Shown one piece after another: positions 61,704 through 64,000 of a stretch of 64,000 nt of DNA. The number at the start of each line of letters is the position of its first letter. Position 1 is the first letter of the stretch. A program made the position numbers and the translations under genes. Origin of the DNA: Stegostoma tigrinum (Eukaryota); NCBI RefSeq assembly GCF_030684315.1, contig NC_081381.1, positions 27,965,811 to 28,029,810 of the forward strand, in the 5' to 3' direction. The notes beneath the pieces are model-generated. The model did not search any database. It was not told the origin of the DNA and saw nothing but the letters and a program-made list of their open reading frames with translations.

Positions 61704-64000
61704 GATTCAGTCAAATTTTACCAAGCCTGCTCTAAATTTGGAACAATTCCAGTCTCTCAAGTCATTTGAAAATGCAACATTTTAGTGTGAAATCTATACA
61801 GAATGCAGAGCTGACAAGTTTAAGTTTTAATATAAAATGGACAGTCAAACTCATGGTTAAGCAGTGTCAGCAAAATCCTGAGACATGTTCATTCTTTCTA
61901 ATGTGAACAAGCAGAATTTTGGAGTGGGTGTGGAGCTTGTTGGACCCTGCCACGATCGCATTGTTCAAACAGAGCAGTTTGGGTCCACAGATTTTGTTTG
62001 TGACTGTTACTGGGAGAATGGACCTTAATGAGTTGTCCTTAGTACATCAGGAAACCCAAAACATTTCACTTTGATTTTTACTGAAAAAGAAACTGTACTG
62101 TGAAATGGGAGAGTGATTGGACTGAGTAGAAAGGAATGATTGTCAGTAAGTCAAGTGGGCTGTCAAGGTATCCAGCCTAGTACTTTCAGTTTCCAACCTC
62201 TGGGATTCCTCTGCATGATTGCCAGTGCTTGTACACAACAGGAAGGAACAGACTCTGTACTTAATGAGGTGTCTCCACAGTCGGGTGGCCAGCCAGTGCC
62301 TCTTGATTCATGAGCCCAATGTTTAATCAGCAAAAAAATTCAACGGGCACTTATTTGACACAGCAGATGTACATGACATGGTACAAAACCACACTCCTCT
62401 ACCAGCACCAAACCCTCCCCTCAACTGCAGCTTCACTCATATTCTCAGAGTCACTGTTCCTTAGTACTCCCTTTCGTCAGAGTTTGTTGGGAACTCTTGG
62501 ATAGAGGTGAATGACTTTACCTCCTGTAAACAGCTGTGAGCGTTTATTGATTTATTTATAAACTGTGCTTGTGTGTGAATGCTCTGAGTATTGTATTCAC
62601 CATTTCAGAGTTTCTAAGAGACCTCACTTGGGGCATGAAGTTTGTAAATAATCAGGCTGGTGAGTATAATATCCTAAGCAGTCCGTCAGTGCACAAATAA
62701 ACCATGCTCTGAAGTTGCTGTGTTCTCGGATGTTGATGGAGCCATACTTTGCCTGTGAGGCTTTCTCACCTGCCTCTTCTTTCACCTCTCAGTAAAGCAT
62801 GGAACAAAAAGCAATGTCTTGGCCCGACAGCAAACAAATGGTTTCTGCCCCAGCAGGTACAAAGAAGATACCATTGTGCTACTGGCTCTATTCCAATGGC
62901 ATCTTGAGTTTTGTGGAAGACACATACTTACTCACACTTCACACCAGTTTAAACAAACCTTTTCATGTTGCTGATCCTGTTTATTTAGTAGTAACTGGAG
63001 AATCGATAGAAACAAATAAACCATTAAACAGCCCTGGGATTCATTCACAGGAGTGATGCTATTTTTCACTTAGGCACTCCAGTGGAAGAGAATCAAAGGG
63101 TTTTTTTTAAACTATCTAGGGTGGTGCAAGATCTTCATTCTGCCCATTGTATGTGCTTCTTGGTTTGAAATTTTCCAATCCCAGAGGGTGCAGTCTCAGG
63201 TCCCCAGTCTGCTGTTTAGGTAATAGTCAAAAGCAAATGAAGCGTGTACCCATCTTGAGGAAGGATTAGATTAATAGCTTCTCATTCATTTTGCCTGTTG
63301 TGCTTTCTTGGGCTTGTTTTCAAAGCAGCATGAATGCGATCTGAGATCAGTGTGGCTAAATAAATCCAGGTTGTGGAAAGATCCATGCCAGAAACAATCT
63401 TCGTATATGGACACCAAGCTAAATTGGGAATTGTTACTACCATTAATTTTCATACCTATTTATTAATATCCAGTGTTACACTCCTAATTATTACCACCTA
63501 ATGTTTAGCCCACAGGTTATTAAAATTGCCTTGAATATTCCTGCCATACTTTGCAACTGTCTTTCGTTCCGTTCATCATTATTACCCAATTGTTAGTGCT
63601 CTCTATTGTCACTGTCCTATAGTTCGTAGCATTGAATGTTACTGCTCTGAGTGTTAGTACTGTCCATTATTGCTGCTGTTAATAATGCCATTCTTTGTTA
63701 CTGTCCTGCTTTGTTGCTACCTTGATTATGATTACTGAGGGCTACAGTCAGTATTTTTGTATTCACTTGGCTGGTTTGGTCTGTTTTCCTGTTAGATTCA
63801 GCCTTGGTTGAATTGTTTTTAGCAGTCTGATAGTTTGACAAGTTTCCATGTCTACTGGTTACAGTCTTTTCTTTGTCAATTAAACAGGACATCGAAATCA
63901 TGCCGTGAAATGGTTCTTATCCCGTTTCATCATGATCTTGTGTGGCTGTTGACTTCTGTAGGCTTAAGGATTAGAAGGTGATGTGGCCATCAGCATTGGG

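Overview
Eukaryotic (vertebrate) genomic DNA. The repeat content (HE1/V-SINE-type tRNA SINEs, Deu-domain SINEs, CR1 and L2 LINE relics, Penelope-like elements) points to a cartilaginous fish, probably a shark. The window holds the conserved synteny block MIIP (5' part, - strand), MFN2 (complete: 17 coding exons, 757 aa, - strand), PLOD1 (complete: 19 coding exons, 740 aa, - strand) and KIAA2013 (+ strand, divergent from PLOD1). Exon boundaries were read directly from GT/AG sites and give continuous reading frames. MFN2 exon numbers follow the human gene (ATG in exon 3). The most notable observations are: (1) intronic Penelope-like insertions carrying minimal hammerhead-ribozyme cores and 10-15 bp target-site duplications, several built as head-to-head palindromes (a ~230-bp double-hammerhead hairpin and a ~1-kb GIY-YIG palindrome); (2) a PLOD1/LH1 whose glycosyltransferase domain keeps LH3-type catalytic features that human LH1 lacks; (3) an inverted repeat pair bracketing MFN2 exons 5-8, a geometry that favours circRNA; (4) a possible splice-controlled KIAA2013 C-terminus; (5) a degenerate retroviral gag-protease relic. 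No CRISPR array, rRNA or bona fide tRNA gene was seen. Comparisons to human proteins are from memory and need alignment to confirm; repeat boundaries are approximate unless a TSD is given.
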